Positions 10,793 to 22,531 are shown, counted from the first letter of the stretch. The stretch is DNA of 64,000 nucleotides from Natronospirales bacterium (GCA_020201335.1 JAIVGZ010000004.1:1764-65763), one strand, 5' to 3'. Made by a program: numbers and translations. The notes: generated from the sequence alone by a model not told the origin.

Positions 10793-11754
10793 TGTTTCAG
10801 ACCGCTGAGTGCAAGCGCCTCGAGGCATTGGCGGCGGTGCACTTCGCCACTGCCGGGCACGACTGTGCGGTCCGGCAGCCGCACGCCGTAGCGGAAGCCG
10901 TCGCGGTCGGCGTCGAGCACCCACCGGCACAGCACCGACAAACGCTGCTCGTGGCTGATGCCGCCCAGCGAGGCGTAATCGAACCACTGCGTGGCCTGCA
11001 GCGCACCGCTGAATTGCTTGACGCGCAACTGGTCGTCTCGCGCGTACGCTTTCCACGCGATGTGGCGCGGCGATTCGCCGCCACGGTAGTCACTGAGTCC
11101 GGAGAAATCGTCCTGGCCGGCCGCCTCCATCGTGCCGCGGCCTTCGCCGCTGGCGAGTGGCGGACGGGGTGCATCAGGCGCAGGTGCGGGATACACGATC
11201 ACGCGCAGGTCCATGTGCAGCACGCCCCAGGCCTGAAACAGTCCAAACGGGTGGCGCGTGTAAATGCGCGCTGATGGCACGGTCAGCACGCCGCGCGTTG
11301 GCGCCGATACCGGTAACGGCAAGGTTGCGGAATCGAGCGCGGGCACATCGACGATATACGCCGGCTGGCCTTCCGTGTCGGAGGCGACACCCCAGCGCGC
11401 GGTCGGCGAGGGGTTCAGCACGCGCACCGTGAATTCCGCCTGCTGCCCCGCAAACGGCGACTCGACACGTCCGCGCTCGAGCGTGAGGCCAAGTAGGTTG
11501 CGGTGGGCGTGGTGCATCGCGAGCAGGAATAGCGCGGCCAGCAGGAATGCGAGCATGAACGCCATGCTGTTCGAGTAGTTCATCGCGCCGAGCAGCATGC
11601 CGAACACGAGCACCGCGTAGGCGATGCCGAAGCCGGTCGGCAGGATGTAGATGCGTCCGCGCTTGAGTTCGACCCGGTCTGCATCGCGACCTTGGCGCGC
11701 CAGCAGCCACGACTGCGTGGTGTCCTTCCAGCGGCGGCGCAGCGCCGTCAGCAT
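10789..11754 (-). CDS. DUF58 family protein
   Basis: IYILPTGFG, HPFGLF and DFSGLSDYRGGESPRHIAWK motifs; located in a MoxR operon. Confidence 0.88.
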   Translation of the reverse strand: MLTALRRRWKDTTQSWLLARQGRDADRVELKRGRIYILPTGFGIAYAVLVFGMLLGAMNYSNSMAFMLAFLLAALFLLAMHHAHRNLLGLTLERGRVESPFAGQQAEFTVRVLNPSPTARWGVASDTEGQPAYIVDVPALDSATLPLPVSAPTRGVLTVPSARIYTRHPFGLFQAWGVLHMDLRVIVYPAPAPDAPRPPLASGEGRGTMEAAGQDDFSGLSDYRGGESPRHIAWKAYARDDQLRVKQFSGALQATQWFDYASLGGISHEQRLSVLCRWVLDADRDGFRYGVRLPDRTVVPGSGEVHRRQCLEALALSGLKQ

Positions 11755-11761
11755 CGCGTGG

Positions 11762-12682
<921 letters not shown>

Positions 12683-12708
12683 CGGTCAATCATACCCAAA
12701 AGCCTGTG

Positions 12709-12924
12709 TCAGTAGGGGTCATGGCGGTTCTGCGCCAACGCCACGAGCAGCCACCCCACAAGCGCACCGAGCAGGAAAAAGATGAGTACGAGCAAGGCGC
12801 GCGACATGCTCATCGACCAAAACAGGAAGCGAATCTCGACCGCTTCCAGGTTCTGCACGACGAACAGCACCGTCAGTACCGCGAGCGTCGAGAGCAGTAC
12901 GACCTTCAAGTGGAAGCGCGTCAT
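12709..12924 (-). CDS. Small LapA/DUF1049-like membrane protein
   Basis: LFVVQNLEAVEIRFLFW motif flanked by two hydrophobic segments. Confidence 0.75.
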   Translation of the reverse strand: MTRFHLKVVLLSTLAVLTVLFVVQNLEAVEIRFLFWSMSMSRALLVLIFFLLGALVGWLLVALAQNRHDPY

Positions 12925-13862
12925 CGTGCGAGCTCCAGCAATACGCTCGCCGTGAGGTTATACGCGAGCGTGATTGCAGCCGGTTCGACGCGGTCCAGCT
13001 TGTCGCCCGGGCTGTGTATCGTGCGGAACACGCTGGGCACGAGGCCTTCGGCGAGTCCGCTGTCGGGGCCCGCGTTCACCAGCAACCAGAGCTGGTGAAC
13101 TTCCGTGCGCGGCAGCACGGACAGCGACACGTTCGGGATCCCGGCTGCCTGGAAACTCAGGTGGTCGCTCGACGGATAACGCCGGAAATCGATACAGGTC
13201 GCGGCGAGCGTCGCGCACGCGCTCGCGACGGAGCGGTAAAGCGTCGCGTGGCCATGGTCGGTTTGCCCAAAAAAGACGGTATCGCCGTACGCGTTGACGT
13301 CGAGGTTGACCATCGCGGAAACAGCGCCGGCCGGCAGGCTCTGCGCGTAATGGCGCGAGCCGACGAGGCCGATCTCCTCCATGTCGAATAGTACGAAGTC
13401 GATGCGACGGTTTAGCGGTGCATCTCGCAGTGCGGTCGCAACCCGGATGAGCGCGACTACGCTGGCCGCGTTGTCGACCATGCCGTCCAGAAAGGTGCCG
13501 TCGCGCAGGTAAGCCGCATCGAAGTGTGCGCCGGCGACTACCGCTCCGCCGTAGCCTTGCGGCCCGATGCTGAACAGGACGTTGTGTCCGGCCGGGCGCC
13601 CGTCGCTCTCGTCGCGGCCGTCGTTGGGGAATTCGAACAGCCGCGTCTCGAAGCCCGCGCGCTCCACCAGCGCAATGACTGCAGCACGGCGAGCGTCGTT
13701 ATCGGGCTGAATCAGCGACGCCGCGTCTTCGACAACGCGTTCAAGCGGCGCCGTGGCCGGCGTGAATGCGGGTGCCTCGCCGGCAGGCGGAATTGGTGCG
13801 CAGGCGCTGACGAGCGCGAACGTTACCAGCAACGGGGTTGCGTATGTTTTTTTGGATGGCAT
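12921..13862 (-). CDS. M28-family metallopeptidase lipoprotein
   Basis: Lipobox LVSAC; GAHFD, DNAAS, FDMEEIGLVGS, NLD, SDH and IHSPGD motifs. Confidence 0.88.
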   Translation of the reverse strand: MPSKKTYATPLLVTFALVSACAPIPPAGEAPAFTPATAPLERVVEDAASLIQPDNDARRAAVIALVERAGFETRLFEFPNDGRDESDGRPAGHNVLFSIGPQGYGGAVVAGAHFDAAYLRDGTFLDGMVDNAASVVALIRVATALRDAPLNRRIDFVLFDMEEIGLVGSRHYAQSLPAGAVSAMVNLDVNAYGDTVFFGQTDHGHATLYRSVASACATLAATCIDFRRYPSSDHLSFQAAGIPNVSLSVLPRTEVHQLWLLVNAGPDSGLAEGLVPSVFRTIHSPGDKLDRVEPAAITLAYNLTASVLLELAR

Positions 13863-13966
13863 AGGGCAAACACTCCAAGTGAAATGTAGGCGGTTACCCG
13901 AGATGTTCGGAGCCGCAACTATGGGAGAATTTACAGGGAATTATCAAACCAGGAAAGGTGACGGAA

Positions 13967-14413
13967 ATGATCAGACAAGTAGTTGGAACTGCAGCAATCA
14001 TGGTGTTCGCTGTGGCACTCTCGACCGGATGCGCAACGCGCGAAGGCACCGGCCAGATCCTCGGCGGTGCTGTGGGTGCAGCGGCCGGCTCGCAAATCGG
14101 CGGCGGCAGCGGTAAAACCGCGGCGATGATCGGCGGCACCATACTCGGTGCGATGATTGGCGGTGAGCTCGGCACGCGGATGGACCGGACCGACGAACAC
14201 CGCACGGTCAAGGCCTTCGAGTCAGGCGAGCGGGCGCAGTGGACAAACCCGAACACCGGTTATGCATACGACCTGAAGCCGGAAAGCACTTACCACGCCG
14301 GGACCGGAACCTGCCGCGACTACACGATGGATGCGGTAATCGACGGCCGTAGCGAAGTGGTCCAAGGGACTGCCTGCCAGCAGGCCGACGGCAGCTGGGA
14401 AATCGTCAGCTGA
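13967..14413 (+). CDS. Glycine-zipper lipoprotein, 17-kDa surface-antigen type
   Basis: Lipobox LSTGC; GGAVGAAAG zipper; WTNPNTG, CRDY and GTACQQADGSW motifs. Confidence 0.88.
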   Translation: MIRQVVGTAAIMVFAVALSTGCATREGTGQILGGAVGAAAGSQIGGGSGKTAAMIGGTILGAMIGGELGTRMDRTDEHRTVKAFESGERAQWTNPNTGYAYDLKPESTYHAGTGTCRDYTMDAVIDGRSEVVQGTACQQADGSWEIVS

Positions 14414-14426
14414 CGTATTGACCGTT

Positions 14427-16208
14427 TTACGACCGCTGGGTTTCGATCCAGCGGTCTATCTTTGCCTCGAGTATGTCGAGCGGCAACGCGCCGTCCTTTA
14501 AGACTTCCGTGTGGAACGCGCGGATGTCAAAGCGATCCCCGAGTTCGCGCTCGGCGCGTGCGCGTAGCTCGGAAATCTTCAACTGGCCAATCTTGTACGA
14601 CAGCGCCTGACTCGGGATCGCCATATAACGCTCGGTCTCCGCGACCGCGCGCGCCTCCGGCGCCGCCGAATTCTCGTTCATGTAGTCGAGCACCTGCTGA
14701 CGCGTCCAGCCGTAGTTGTGCAGGCCGGTGTCGACGACCAGGCGGATTGCACGCCACAGCTCCGCCGACAGTGCGCCGTAATACTGGTACGGGTCGGTGT
14801 ACACACCCAGCTCCGTGCCAAGGGTCTCGGCATACAGCGCCCAACCCTCGGTGTACGCGGTGAAGCCGCCAAAACGGCGGAACCGCGGCAAGCCTTCCAG
14901 CTCCTGTTGGATCGAGAGTTGGAAGTGGTGGCCCGGCGACGCCTCGTGCAGCGACAACGACTCCATGGCCCAGATCGGGCGCGCCTTGATGTCATAGGTA
15001 TTCGCGTAGAAGATGCCCGGCCGGGAACCGTCAGGCGCCGGCCGCATGTACGAACCGCCCGCCGCTGAACGCTCGCGGAACGGTTCGACTGCGCGCACTT
15101 CGTAGTTCGCCTTCGGGAATATTTCGAACAGCCGCGGCAGGTTGGGGTCGATGTCCTGCTGCAGGTCGCGGTAACCCTGTATCAGCTGCTCGCCCTCATC
15201 GAAGAAGAACTGCGGGTCGCTCTCAGTGAAGCGGAAGAACTCATGCAGCGTACCCTCGAATCCGACTCGCTCCATCACACCTTCGATTTCCAGGTGCAGC
15301 CGTTCAACCTCGGCGAGGCCGATGCTGTGGATTTCTTCGGGCGTCAGGTCCGTGGTAGTCGTGTTGCGCACCATGAACGCATACCACGCGTCGCCGTTCG
15401 GCAACGCGTCGAGGCCGACCGTGGCGCGTGCTTGCGGCAGGTAGTCGTCGCGCAGAAAATCGTGCAGCCGCGCGTAGGCGGGTACGAGTTTCTCCGCGAT
15501 CGCCGTGCGGTAGAGGTCGGTGAGCCGCTCGCGCTCCGCCGACGAGATGTCTTCCGGCATCCGTGCAACCGGTCCCCAGAACAGGCTGGTCTCGGGGTCG
15601 GCGACCACATGCGCGGCAAGCTGCGGCAGCGTGCGCTCGACGAGTATGCGTGGCAGCACGACGCCGGCCTCGATGCCCTCGCGGAAATTCACCTCGGCCT
15701 GGGCCATCCAGTCGAGGAAGCCATCAATCCGTGAGAGGAAATTGTCGTAGTCCTGAACCGTGCGGAACGGTTGCGCGCCGGTGCCCGACCCGAGCTGAAC
15801 GAAGCTGCTCGGCATCGCGTAGAACTGGTTCATCGGAATCAGGTGGGACGGAAACTCACGCGCTGCGATGGACCGCTCGCGCGCGCTGACGAACATGTCG
15901 CGGCTCAGCCGGTCCTGGTCGCCCAGCGCTTCGCGGTCGATATCGAGAATTGCGTCCAGGTAGCGCCGTTCAAGTGCGAGTTGCTCGGCGCGGTGCTCAG
16001 GCCCAATCGAGTTTGCAAAGCGGTCGTTGTACCGAGCGTCGCCGATGAAGGTCGCGTACAGCGGGTTCAGCTCGAGCGTGTCCTCGAAATGCTGTTCGAA
16101 GAGCTGGTGGAGGCGGGCGGTCTCGGCCTCGGTGGATTGGCCATGGTCGACGGCGCCCGAACAGGCGGCAAGCGTGGCGGCTGCTAGCAACATTGGGATT
16201 CGGTTCAT
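14427..16208 (-). CDS. DUF885 family lipoprotein (putative metallopeptidase)
   Basis: Lipobox LAAC; HEASPGHH, YTEGWALYAE, RAIRLVVDTGLH and PSQALSYKIG motifs. Confidence 0.92.
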   Translation of the reverse strand: MNRIPMLLAAATLAACSGAVDHGQSTEAETARLHQLFEQHFEDTLELNPLYATFIGDARYNDRFANSIGPEHRAEQLALERRYLDAILDIDREALGDQDRLSRDMFVSARERSIAAREFPSHLIPMNQFYAMPSSFVQLGSGTGAQPFRTVQDYDNFLSRIDGFLDWMAQAEVNFREGIEAGVVLPRILVERTLPQLAAHVVADPETSLFWGPVARMPEDISSAERERLTDLYRTAIAEKLVPAYARLHDFLRDDYLPQARATVGLDALPNGDAWYAFMVRNTTTTDLTPEEIHSIGLAEVERLHLEIEGVMERVGFEGTLHEFFRFTESDPQFFFDEGEQLIQGYRDLQQDIDPNLPRLFEIFPKANYEVRAVEPFRERSAAGGSYMRPAPDGSRPGIFYANTYDIKARPIWAMESLSLHEASPGHHFQLSIQQELEGLPRFRRFGGFTAYTEGWALYAETLGTELGVYTDPYQYYGALSAELWRAIRLVVDTGLHNYGWTRQQVLDYMNENSAAPEARAVAETERYMAIPSQALSYKIGQLKISELRARAERELGDRFDIRAFHTEVLKDGALPLDILEAKIDRWIETQRS

Positions 16209-16223
16209 GTTGGCAACAATACC

Positions 16224-16258
16224 AAAAAAAAAGGCGCCTGCCGATTGGCAGGCGCCTT
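16224..16258 (-). terminator. Intrinsic terminator after the acidic secreted protein gene
   Basis: AAGGCGCCTGCC/GGCAGGCGCCTT stem followed by a T-tract on the minus strand. Confidence 0.88.
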
Positions 16259-16282
16259 CTACAACTAGGCTATGACTAGCTG

Positions 16283-17248
16283 TTACCAGTCACGCTCGTC
16301 TTCTGCAACGACTCGGTCATCCTCGTCTTCGATTTCGACTGACGCGGTGGTTTCCTCATCGCTCATCCAGTCGTCTTCCTCGTCAAGGTCCGCTTCAGCC
16401 TGAAACTCTGAATCAGAATCGGTTTCGGTCCGGACCTGGAACTCTGAGTCAGACTCAGTCTCGAATTCCGAATTGGATTCGGTTTCTGTCTGGGCCTGGA
16501 ACTCCGAGTCGGACTCGGTCTTGAAGTCCGGATCTGACTCCACGTTGAACTGAGCAACCTGCTCGTCACGTGCGACGACCATGTTGATGAACTGGGCGCG
16601 AAGGTCCGCGTCGTCGTTCACCTGGTCTACGAGATCGTTGTACTCGTCACGGCTCCAGCCGTGGCGTTCAATCACCTGGACCTGACGGTCGACCATGCGC
16701 GCCTGGAACTCCTGCGCTTCTTCAGCCGAAGCTGCGACCGCGAGTTCATCGGCGAGCTCACGAATCTCGTTCTGCATGTCCAAATGGATCTGCGCGAGGG
16801 TCTCGAGCTTCTCGTCATCGACCTGGCTGTTCGAGCTCAACTCGGTGTCCATGTCGGACTCCGTGCTGTACTCGGTGCTGGAGTCGGCGCTGTACTCGGT
16901 GCTGGATTCGGTATCGGTCGACCACTGGTCTTCCGTCGCGAACTCATCGTCGTTATCAGTCTCGACCCGGGCGCTGAACTCATCGTCCTGCGTCTCGACA
17001 GAGAACTCATCCGAAGTCGTATCGCTTTCCGTATCCCACTGGGATTCGGTCGAAGCGGAGAACTCGTCGTCCTGTATCCGCTCGTTTTCCGGGCGGGTGT
17101 CGGTCGTGCTATCCGTACGGTCCTGCTCGGCTTCTGTTGCGGTGCGGTCCTGAGTACGGTCTGTGTACGGGTCCTGCGCCACGGCCGAATGGCCGATCAG
17201 CAACAGCGCACCGGCACTTAGTGCGGCTAACGCTTTTGATAAATGCAT
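16283..17248 (-). CDS. Secreted, highly acidic repeat protein with a central DUF4168-like helical domain
   Basis: Signal peptide ending AVA-Q; GGAGGT RBS; (D/S)DEFS, SSTEYS and ESDSEFQ repeats; core VDDEKLETLAQ...IERHGWSRDEYN. Confidence 0.75.
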   Translation of the reverse strand: MHLSKALAALSAGALLLIGHSAVAQDPYTDRTQDRTATEAEQDRTDSTTDTRPENERIQDDEFSASTESQWDTESDTTSDEFSVETQDDEFSARVETDNDDEFATEDQWSTDTESSTEYSADSSTEYSTESDMDTELSSNSQVDDEKLETLAQIHLDMQNEIRELADELAVAASAEEAQEFQARMVDRQVQVIERHGWSRDEYNDLVDQVNDDADLRAQFINMVVARDEQVAQFNVESDPDFKTESDSEFQAQTETESNSEFETESDSEFQVRTETDSDSEFQAEADLDEEDDWMSDEETTASVEIEDEDDRVVAEDERDW

Positions 17249-17286
17249 TGTGGAACCTCCGTTCCTGTTGGTATTGCCTAAGAGGT

Positions 17287-17302
17287 TGCAAGGGTCGTGC
17301 CA
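17287..17302 (-). promoter_or_regulatory. sigma54 (-24/-12) promoter for the acidic secreted protein
   Basis: The minus strand reads TGGCACGACCCTTGCA, matching the TGGCACG-N4-TTGCW consensus, about 40 nt upstream of ATG 17248. Confidence 0.85.
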
Positions 17303-17370
17303 GCTATCGAGAAGTGAGGCGCGGCGGGCTTAACGGGCATTTGGCTCAGGTTTTCTCCGGGCCGCGCCTC

Positions 17371-17389
17371 CTGTGCCAATCTGGCACAG
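17371..17389. promoter_or_regulatory. Palindromic candidate enhancer (UAS) for a bacterial enhancer-binding protein
   Basis: CTGTGCCA-ATC-TGGCACAG perfect 8-bp inverted repeat about 70 nt upstream of the sigma54 site. Confidence 0.65.
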
Positions 17390-17463
17390 ATTCAGGGAAC
17401 GCACGGTTTTACTCGGGATTTACAGTGGTTGAAGGTGGGGGTAGCCAATATGACACATGCGCG

Positions 17464-18909
17464 ATGAAGAATGTCGGAATCCGGGCGGTACTGTTCTTGC
17501 TCGTTACGCTGCCTTTGGTCGGCGTGCTCGGCGGTGGGTTGGTTGTATTGCAGGCACTCGAACAACGCATCGAAGACCGGCTGAAAGAAGACATCGAACT
17601 CATCGCACGGACATTGCAGGCGCCGATGAGCCGTTCGCTACAAAGGCGCAGCGACCGCGAACTCGACCTCGCGCTGTGGTCGGCGTACGGTACCGGCCGC
17701 GTATATGGCGTGTATGTGTACGACGAAAACGGTGTATTGGTTGCGGGCGCCGACCGCGACCATACCGGACCCGCAGCGCCGCGGCGCGCGGAGCGCGGGG
17801 AGATCGCTGAGGCGGGCGGCGAATACGGCTCGCTGGCTGGGCGCGAGATGTACTCGTATTTCGTTCCGCTGTACGCGACCACCGGGCAGGTGATCGGCCT
17901 TCTGCAGGTCACGCGCGACGCCAGCGAGATGCGCGGCTACCTGCGCCGCCTGCGCAGCAACGGTTTCTGGCTGCTGGTATTCGCCGTCGGCATCCTCGGC
18001 ACACTGGTATTCGTCGGGCACTACGTCGTGGTGGGCCGCCCGTTGCAGTCATTGGAAGCAGCAATGGAGCGCGTTGGGGCGGGCCAGGCCGACGTTCGTG
18101 CAGCGGAGCGCGGCCCGGCGGAGCTGCGCCAGCTCGCCAGCCATTTCAACCAAATGCTGGTCGCGCTGCACGAGAAGGACGCCGACATTGTGGTAAAGCG
18201 AGCGCAGCAGGAACGACTCGAGGTGCGGCTTCGCGAGAGTGAGAAGTACGCAATGGTTGGACGGTTGGCATCCGGCGTCGCGCATGAACTCGGCACACCG
18301 CTGGCCGTCATTGACGCGCACGCACAGAAGGTCTTGCGCTCAGCGCAGTCGGGCTCGCCGGAGGCGCAGGGCGCCGCCGGCATACGCGAGGCGGTCATGC
18401 GGATGTCTGCGGTGATCCGCCAGCTACTCGGTTTCGGCCGTGCCAGCCACGCAGCGCGCAACGACGTGTCATTGCGACAGCTGGTAATCCTCGCTGCGAC
18501 CGACATGGGCGAGCGTTGCCTCCTCGATGGTGCGTCTTTGGAAATCGATGGACCGGCAGAAGACTGCGTTTTGCGGCGGGCGGATGCGGGACGATTGCGC
18601 GAAGCGCTCGGCCACCTTATTCGCAACGCATGCCACGCGGCAGCCGGCGGCAAAGTGCTGGTCGGCTGGAGGCAGCGCGACGGCGAACCGGCGCTGTTCG
18701 TCGAGGATTCGGGTACGGGTATCGACGAGTCGTCTCGCAGCCGGATTTTTGACCCGTTCTACACCACCAAGGCGCCGGGCGACGGCAGTGGCTTGGGCCT
18801 CGCGATCGTGCAGGGTATCGCCGCCGACCATCAGGCGGAATTAACCGTATACCGTAGCGAGCGGCTCGGTGGTGCAGGGTTCGAATTGAGGTTCCGCCAG
18901 GATGCCTGA
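17464..18909 (+). CDS. Membrane sensor histidine kinase (HAMP, HisKA, HATPase)
   Basis: Two TM segments; AHELGTPL H-box; [14 protein letters not shown] and GSGLGL motifs. Confidence 0.93.
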   Translation: MKNVGIRAVLFLLVTLPLVGVLGGGLVVLQALEQRIEDRLKEDIELIARTLQAPMSRSLQRRSDRELDLALWSAYGTGRVYGVYVYDENGVLVAGADRDHTGPAAPRRAERGEIAEAGGEYGSLAGREMYSYFVPLYATTGQVIGLLQVTRDASEMRGYLRRLRSNGFWLLVFAVGILGTLVFVGHYVVVGRPLQSLEAAMERVGAGQADVRAAERGPAELRQLASHFNQMLVALHEKDADIVVKRAQQERLEVRLRESEKYAMVGRLASGVAHELGTPLAVIDAHAQKVLRSAQSGSPEAQGAAGIREAVMRMSAVIRQLLGFGRASHAARNDVSLRQLVILAATDMGERCLLDGASLEIDGPAEDCVLRRADAGRLREALGHLIRNACHAAAGGKVLVGWRQRDGEPALFVEDSGTGIDESSRSRIFDPFYTTKAPGDGSGLGLAIVQGIAADHQAELTVYRSERLGGAGFELRFRQDA

Positions 18910-20290
18910 CCGGCGCGGCAGTCGGCCCACCGCAATTCTCGTCGTCGAGGATGACGCGGCGTTGCGCGAGCTTATTGCCGAGGAGCTGCGCGAGCAGCAG
19001 TACGTAGTGAGTACCGCTGCCGGCATCCAACCGGCGAAGCAGCACGTCGCGAGCAATGTCTGCGACCTTGTGATCAGCGATATGCGGCTGCCGGACGGCC
19101 ACGGAATGGAACTGCTCGCGGTGCTGCGTGCGCAGACGGATGGCCCCGGCGTAATCTTGATCACCGCATTCGGGTCGGTGCCACAGGCGGTCGAAGCGTT
19201 GAAGCAGGGCGCCGACGATTTCCTCACGAAGCCGCTCGACCTGGAGCACCTGGTGATTCGCGCCGAACGCGTGTTGGACCAGCGCCGCGCACGCGCCGAC
19301 CTCGCAGCGCTGCGCGCGGCCAGCGACCAGGTGCTGCGCCAGGGCCAGTTCCACGGGATGGTCGGTTCGAGCACGGTGATGCAGCGCCTGTACACTGCAA
19401 TACGGCAGGTCGCGCGCTCGAGCGAGCCGGTGTTGATTACCGGCGAGAGTGGAACCGGCAAGGAGTTGGTCGGCCGCGCGATCCACGCCGAGAGCGACCG
19501 GGCCGCGGGTCCGTATGTGCCGGTGAACTGCGCGAGCATCCCGGAAACGCTGCTGGAAGCAGAATTCTTCGGCCATACGGCGGGCGCATTCACCGGTGCG
19601 CGCGCCGCGCGTGCCGGGCTATTTATGGAGGCGCAGGGTGGCACCTTGTTCCTCGACGAACTCGGCGAAATGCCCGTGCCGCTGCAAGCCAAGCTGCTAC
19701 GCGTGTTGCAAGACCACCGCATCCGCCCAGTCGGTGGCGACACGGAGCACACGGTAGACGTCCGCATCATCACCGCAACAAACAGGGACTTGGAGGATGA
19801 GGTTGCCGCGGGCACCGTACGCGAGGACCTGTACTACCGGCTTGAGGCCCTGGCGCTCCACCTGCCGCCCTTGCGCGAGCGAGGCGACGACAAGGTCGAG
19901 CTCGCGGCGCATTACCTGGCGAGACTTGCTCGCGACCTGAACCGGCCGTCGCTCACGCTGTCGGATGGCGCAGTCGAACTGATCCAGAACTACCCGTTCC
20001 CTGGAAACGTGCGCGAACTCGCGAACGCGCTGACGCGCGCAGCGACCTTCTGCACCGAAGACAGGATTGAGCCGCGCCACATGCCAGAACGCGTGCGCAG
20101 CGCCGGCGCAGCACCGAAAGGCGACGGCATTGCGTTCGGACTGACATCAAGCACGCCAATCACGCTCGACGAGCTTGAGCGGCGCTACATCGACTGGGTG
20201 CTTGCGTACACCGGAGACAATAAGCGCCGCGCCGCGGAAATCCTGGGCATCGGCCGCCGGACGCTGTACCGCAAGCTCGACGTGCAGTAG
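18902..20290 (+). CDS. sigma54-dependent response regulator (REC-AAA+-Fis HTH)
   Basis: VVEDD and SDMRLP receiver motifs; [14 protein letters not shown] and PGNVREL; terminal HTH. Confidence 0.95.
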   Translation: MPDRRGSRPTAILVVEDDAALRELIAEELREQQYVVSTAAGIQPAKQHVASNVCDLVISDMRLPDGHGMELLAVLRAQTDGPGVILITAFGSVPQAVEALKQGADDFLTKPLDLEHLVIRAERVLDQRRARADLAALRAASDQVLRQGQFHGMVGSSTVMQRLYTAIRQVARSSEPVLITGESGTGKELVGRAIHAESDRAAGPYVPVNCASIPETLLEAEFFGHTAGAFTGARAARAGLFMEAQGGTLFLDELGEMPVPLQAKLLRVLQDHRIRPVGGDTEHTVDVRIITATNRDLEDEVAAGTVREDLYYRLEALALHLPPLRERGDDKVELAAHYLARLARDLNRPSLTLSDGAVELIQNYPFPGNVRELANALTRAATFCTEDRIEPRHMPERVRSAGAAPKGDGIAFGLTSSTPITLDELERRYIDWVLAYTGDNKRRAAEILGIGRRTLYRKLDVQ

Positions 20291-20303
20291 CGCGTCAGCG
20301 AGG

Positions 20304-20846
20304 CTAGAGCATGGAGCGGCTGCGGCGTCCGGCGCGGCGCGTACGGATACGGTTGATCAGTTCGCTGCGCTTGGTGCCCATCCACTTCTCGCGCGTGAGC
20401 GGCGTGACCTCGACGCCGCGGCGGGAGGCTTCGCGCACGCGGAACTTGCAGAAATCTTCGTACGCCTGCAGCTCGTGTTCGAGCTCGACACGCACGAGTT
20501 CAATCATAATCGCGTCGTCGAGGAAGCCGAGCACCGGGATGTCGTCGGCAATCAGGTCGTCCGGGTCGAGGAAGTAGGCGAGCGCGCTGAGCACGCGACG
20601 GCGCTCGGGCGCCGGAAGGTTGAAACCGACGTCTTGCAGCATCGTCTTCATCGTCTCAATCGTGCCGACGCGTTCGCGGATGAAGTCCGGGAGCTTTTTG
20701 GACCGCAACTCTTCGATTAGCGCAGTGGTCCCAGCGAGGATGTCTTCGTCCTCCTGCTGCTTCGCGGCGGATTTCGCTTGCTTCATCAGCCCGCGGAAGT
20801 GTGCGAGGTCCTCGTCACCCAGTTCGAAACTAATTGTCAGCGACAT
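20304..20846 (-). CDS. YkvA/DUF1232 family protein
   Basis: ALAYFLDPDDLIADDIPVLGFLDDA motif. Confidence 0.85.
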   Translation of the reverse strand: MSLTISFELGDEDLAHFRGLMKQAKSAAKQQEDEDILAGTTALIEELRSKKLPDFIRERVGTIETMKTMLQDVGFNLPAPERRRVLSALAYFLDPDDLIADDIPVLGFLDDAIMIELVRVELEHELQAYEDFCKFRVREASRRGVEVTPLTREKWMGTKRSELINRIRTRRAGRRSRSML

Positions 20847-20861
20847 GCCTTTCCCCTTGCC

Positions 20862-22475
20862 TCATCTGTCGGTGGCCCGGCGGCGCGGCGGCGGTGCCGC
20901 ATCCAGCCAGCTGAAAAACTTTCCCAACTGCGCGCGGTGCGCGGGCGGGAGGTACTCGAAATTCCGACCGCGGTCGACATTCTCCCAGAAATGCTTGGCC
21001 TCGACCCGCTCGAGTTCGTCCCGTATAGAATGCAGCAGATCGGCCGGCTCGGCCAGCATGTCCTGCGCAATCAGGCGCGCCTTTGGCTCTTCACCGATGG
21101 AAAGATAGTACGCGGCGAGCTTGGCCTGCGCCTTGCGCACCCCGCGGAGGCCACGCTCCTGCCGGTGTCCCCGCGTTGGCCTATCGAGTTCCAGAAACTG
21201 CTTCAGCATCCGGTCTTCCTGCGGGGCGCCCAGATCGTGCGCGAATTCGCACAGGGCGGCGAGGTCGTACGCGATTGTCTCGGTGACGAAGGTCAGGTTC
21301 TCGTCGAAGCTCACATGCCCGTAGTACTTCAGATAGGCGACCCCGCCGTATGCGGCTTCCGCCTGGCCCAGCTTCAGCAGGCTCTCGATCAGCATTCGGT
21401 ACTGGTGCAGGACGTTGTAGGCGGTGCGGGTAGCACGCGCGTTGATTGCCGAGCGCAAATACGAATTCATGAAGCGCAGGACCATGTCGAGCAAGTCGCG
21501 GTCGCTTCGCTCCGCGGCCGCTTCGCCGATGTAGCGCGTGTTTATGGCAATCAGGTAATTAATGTCCTGCATCGAGCCTATTGCCTCGTTGTAGACGCCG
21601 AGGTACTGGCGCAGCGCCTTCCACTCGACCCACAGCGCGCGCAGCTCAAGCTCGTGCATCGTCTCGCCATCCATTGCGACGAAGTCCGGGTTGTCGCTGA
21701 TGCGTCCGACAATCTGGAACCATGGGTGGGGCTGCGGCGGCTTGAATGACAGATAATCGAGCACGAGGTCACGCAGCGCATCCACCGCGCGGCTCGCGAT
21801 AATTTTGTCGCGTCCATCAATCGAGTTGTTCGCGATGTCGGTGATCTCCTCCATCGAGTTCAACACCCGCTCCTGTAGCAGCGCGGCATCATCCGTCGAT
21901 TTCGCGGCGCTTCCGCGCCTCGCATTTTCGACCGCCTCGTGCCCGATGCGCTGGATGATGTTGCCGGGCTCGAGGAACCAGAATACGTACGCGAAATACG
22001 GGAGCATCATTGCGAGGCCGAACCCGGCCGCCAACATCGCGACGAGGAGCGCAGCACGCGGTACGAAGCCATCTTGCAGCGACATGCTGAGCCAGATCGC
22101 CCAGATACTCGCGATCACGAAGTAGGTGAAGACCGCGATGTTGACGCGGTCGCGCATGAACATCATCGCAACGCCGGTGTAGCGGTCGGAGGACAGCTGC
22201 ACGATGATTGCGACGACCGTGAGGATGATGCCGAGCACCGCGACCACGGTCATGCCAAGTGCGGGCAGGGCGTCGGTGATGCTGCCGGGGTCGAACGCGA
22301 AGAAATGGCCGAGCGCGCTCGTTGCCGGCACGCGCCCGATGTTGAACATGAAGTAATCGAAAGAGTAGGTGGCTGCGAACATCGCCAGCGCAAAGCCGGT
22401 GATTACCGCGACCGGATAGGCCCACATCCGGCGCATGTCCGGCCTGGGCTGCTGGCGCACGATCCCGTTAGCCAT
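20862..22475 (-). CDS. DUF2254-like membrane protein with a large C-terminal helical domain
   Basis: Four TM segments with the IIVQLSSDRYT motif; GGGAGG RBS before ATG 22475. Confidence 0.7.
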   Translation of the reverse strand: MANGIVRQQPRPDMRRMWAYPVAVITGFALAMFAATYSFDYFMFNIGRVPATSALGHFFAFDPGSITDALPALGMTVVAVLGIILTVVAIIVQLSSDRYTGVAMMFMRDRVNIAVFTYFVIASIWAIWLSMSLQDGFVPRAALLVAMLAAGFGLAMMLPYFAYVFWFLEPGNIIQRIGHEAVENARRGSAAKSTDDAALLQERVLNSMEEITDIANNSIDGRDKIIASRAVDALRDLVLDYLSFKPPQPHPWFQIVGRISDNPDFVAMDGETMHELELRALWVEWKALRQYLGVYNEAIGSMQDINYLIAINTRYIGEAAAERSDRDLLDMVLRFMNSYLRSAINARATRTAYNVLHQYRMLIESLLKLGQAEAAYGGVAYLKYYGHVSFDENLTFVTETIAYDLAALCEFAHDLGAPQEDRMLKQFLELDRPTRGHRQERGLRGVRKAQAKLAAYYLSIGEEPKARLIAQDMLAEPADLLHSIRDELERVEAKHFWENVDRGRNFEYLPPAHRAQLGKFFSWLDAAPPPRRRATDR

Positions 22476-22531
22476 CACTGACCCCCTCCCGAGCAGGTCA
22501 TGTTCGGTTCCAGACCTTCGGAATGCAAGCC

